This document shows, in pieces, positions 61,581 through 64,000 of a DNA stretch of 64,000 nucleotides. The translations under genes were made by a program, and so were the position numbers. Source of the stretch: Fimbriosthenelais zetlandica. Lineage: Eukaryota. The notes beneath the pieces are model-generated. The model was not told the origin of the DNA. It worked only from the letters and a program-made list of their open reading frames with translations, and searched no databases. The stretch covers positions 17,484,001 to 17,548,000 of the forward strand of contig OZ365118.1 in the NCBI GenBank assembly GCA_977030845.1, given 5' to 3'. The first letter of the stretch is position 1, and every line of letters begins with the position of its first letter.

Positions 61581-63962
61581 GTGAGATGGAAAATCATTCA
61601 TTGACTTTCTTCAAAACAGATTTGCATTATAAAACTTTCTTTCTGTCCAGATTGATTCACTTTAATTTTTAAGTTTTCTTTTCAGAGATGGAATAGGAAT
61701 CTAGCTCGGGCAGCAACGGAACGGGTGCAGCAATGTATTTGGCAACAGGGTTTGCCTGACTTGGGAAAGTATGACTTTTCGACCGGGCTGCGACCAGGCC
61801 ATAATTTGTACGTTGGGGAACCTTATGTGAGTCGCGCTGAGCACATTAATGGAAGCGTAGGCCAGTGGTGGAATGAGCAGAGATTCTATAATTACGACAC
61901 TGGTAAATGTAATGACACATGTGATCACTACACTCAGGTATGTCATCCATCATTCTCATGCTCAGGGGCAACTACAGTGCCTCTCCCCTAATGTGACCCG
62001 CTGAGGGACTGGCCAAACCGACCATCTTTGTCTGTTTGGTGTTGGTGGGGAGTATAATTTTCAAGAAATTATTTCTAATCAATTCTATACACACAGGTCC
62101 GTATAAACTTTAAAGTATAGCTTAATTTTCTTGCAGGTGGTGTGGGCTAAAACAACTGAGGTAGGATGTGGTTTACAACTCTGTCCTCGTATAACTCTCC
62201 ACAACTCTACCCTCGTCAATGCTACCTCCATTGTCTGCTACTATCTCCCGGGGTAAGTTACCCCAATTACATGTATATTTATATATTGTGGAATCCATTT
62301 CATGACAGTATGCTCTCCCCGCCCTCCCCAATCTATATTGAAATTTATGATGTAGAATTGATGAAATATTATGCTTATCATCATTTCAGAGGAAACCTGG
62401 AGAATGAAAAGCCATATGTGAAAGGGATATCAACCACTTCTTGTTTGTCAACATTTGGGTCAGATTTTCAGGCTGAAGGACTTTGTGACTGTAAGAGAGT
62501 GCTATATCTTTATATCATTACATGTGATTACTATGATAATGCAGCTTTAATTGAAACGCATCCTTCACAATTATTATAATGAAAACGTTTAATCGTGCAT
62601 AATTTCTCACATTTAGCATCCTGTACTGAGGCAGACCCGTCATGCAGTAGGTTTTAAATTCAATTTCCTACATGCTCCATTGATCATAAAGGCAATACAG
62701 TTTGACAGAAAATAAACTTTGAGAACCTAATTGCTAAAACTAACGAAATATTTATGTAGTCAGTCAGTCAGTCAGTCAGTCACTCAGTCAGTCAGTCACT
62801 CATAGAATATCTCACAATATTATTGAATTATTAGGTTTTCAATCCATTTTGAGTTTTTTCTAAATGATAATTAATATTCATTTATTTATTCACAGTTTGT
62901 GACATAGAATGCGGACCATGTGGTATCAGTAAGGACGATACATGTACTTGTTCCTGTGATGAAGGTCCGTCTAGCCAGCATTGTTATAGTGAGTATTCTA
63001 TTGTAATCTTGATAGCTGTAAATCGTGCTATGACAGGAATTTATTTCAGAAGCCTAACCTGTTTATACATGAATACGATCAACTCTGACCGCTATTAAAT
63101 CACCTGACGCTAATCAGTCATTTCCAACATCATTGCATTAGTCAAATGTGTAATACTGTAAACGATTGGGGTCTATCATTAACATAGTCCACTCTCTCTA
63201 TTTCCCTTTCATCAGTCTGTAAGATAATTATGATTAATTTGTGGTAATATTGAATACTAATCCAACATCCAATATCAATTTGGTTACTTACAGCATCTAA
63301 GGATGGAACATGTGCGATCAGAGTGGCAGTACCCCCCCTGGTTGTGCACAGACATGATGACCCTAAAGGCAACATGTTTGAAAACAAATCTTTGGCAACT
63401 TTAGAGGATGAATTGCTGAGCGGGGAGAATTTCTTCAGACAAACTGAGGGCAATCAAACTGGGCTTCTGGCACAGTGTGTGGATGTGGACTGCGTCTGTG
63501 GCACACAAGATGAAGTTACTTGTGTATGTACCTGTGACGATGGTTTCTATGGGCCCGCCTGCGAGTGTAAGTATACTACTGGTACCCAACAACCTCAGAT
63601 AACTATGGAAAATATTTATGACGAGGGTTAGAGGTACAGTGCAGGAAGTACAGGATGCCCTAACCCCGCCCTAACCCATCTGATGATGTCTTATTGGTTA
63701 TAAGTATATAATAAACAAACCATTTTAAGAATGTCCCAAAGTCTCGCCAGACAGGGGATGGGGTGGCCAGTTTGCCAAAATCCTGGATCTGCCCTGCCCC
63801 TGCTATTAAAATTATGCAATTATTATATAATTTTAATAATTATGTGTTTATATTAGACTGTTTGGTCCAATCTGTTTAAAACCATATAATATGCACCATG
63901 GGTCACTTAAACCTTTCTTATTCTTCCAGATATCTGTACCAACGCAGATCCAAATGTGTGTA
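61305..63962 (+). CDS. Secreted CAP/SCP-domain protein with EGF-like and ShK-start-like modules (PI15/CLEC18/CRISP-type architecture); 8 exons seen, incomplete at window end
   Basis: All junctions are GT-AG and in frame. CAP motifs HNYLR, GHNLY, WWNE, CDHYTQVVW..TTEVGCG, VCYY.PGGN; signal peptide; RERR site. Confidence 0.9.
61686..61937 (+). CDS. CAP gene exon 2 (RWNRNLA...CDHYTQ)
   Basis: Acceptor tttcttttcag, donor CAG|gtatgt, 84 codons. Confidence 0.92.
62137..62252 (+). CDS. CAP gene exon 3 (VVWAKTTEVGCG...VCYYLPG)
   Basis: Acceptor ttttcttgcag, donor GG|gtaagt, phase 0-2. Confidence 0.92.
62390..62490 (+). CDS. CAP gene exon 4 (GNLENEKPY...GLCD)
   Basis: Acceptor tcatttcag, donor T|gtaaga, phase 2-1. 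Confidence 0.88.
62617..62646 (+). CDS. CAP gene exon 5, 30-nt microexon (SCTEADPSC)
   Basis: Acceptor ttctcacatttag, donor A|gtaggt, phase 1-1; resembles exon 8. Confidence 0.65.
62758..62801. repeat. (TCAG)n microsatellite in CAP gene intron 5
   Basis: Directly visible. Confidence 0.95.
62896..62988 (+). CDS. CAP gene exon 6, EGF-like (CDIECGPCG..TCTCSCDEG..QHCY)
   Basis: Acceptor tttattcacag, donor A|gtgagt, phase 1-1. Confidence 0.88.
63294..63566 (+). CDS. CAP gene exon 7, linker plus EGF-like (CVDVDCVCG..TCVCTCDDGFYGPACE)
   Basis: Acceptor ggttacttacag, donor T|gtaagt, phase 1-1. Confidence 0.88.
63773..63803 (-). mobile_element. End fragment of the same short repeat family as 3541-3711
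   Basis: Reverse complement reads GCAGGGGCAGGGCAGATCCAGGATTTTGGCA. Confidence 0.45.
63930..63962 (+). CDS. CAP gene exon 8, 33-nt microexon (ICTNADPNVC)
   Basis: Acceptor cttattcttccag, donor A|gtaagt, phase 1-1. Confidence 0.75.
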
Positions 63963-64000
63963 GTAAGTGGCATTTTCATTTATGCATTATCACTAAATTA

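Noticed and set aside
1-64000. Conserved miRNAs, tRNA/rRNA/snRNA genes, CRISPR arrays, intact transposases or reverse transcriptases
   Set aside because: None recognised by eye. An Infernal/Rfam and Dfam scan would be needed to exclude divergent copies.

Overview
Animal (apparently invertebrate) genomic DNA with GT-AG introns, microsatellites and many homopurine/homopyrimidine tracts. I found no rRNA, tRNA gene, CRISPR array or intact transposon. Two genes are well supported. (1) An intronless 906-aa CDS (53157-55877, +) encodes a Kekkon-like LRR-Ig (LIG family) type I receptor: signal peptide, 7 LRRs, LRRCT, one Ig, TM, ~490-aa tail and a class I PDZ-binding end (GTCV). (2) A compact multi-exon gene (61305 to the window end, +) encodes a secreted CAP/SCP protein with a furin site, EGF-like modules and two CxxADPxC microexons; it runs off the window. 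Nearly every other ORF in the track is spurious. By reading splice signals by hand I found a chain of short, phase-compatible minus-strand exons (10-97 nt) from ~60.4 kb to the left edge, none visible in the ORF track. It suggests an unidentified long-intron host gene that carries the kek-like gene antisense in its introns and lies head-to-head with the CAP gene. This model is hand-built, I cannot name its product, and it needs RNA-seq or homology confirmation. The organism cannot be determined from the sequence alone.
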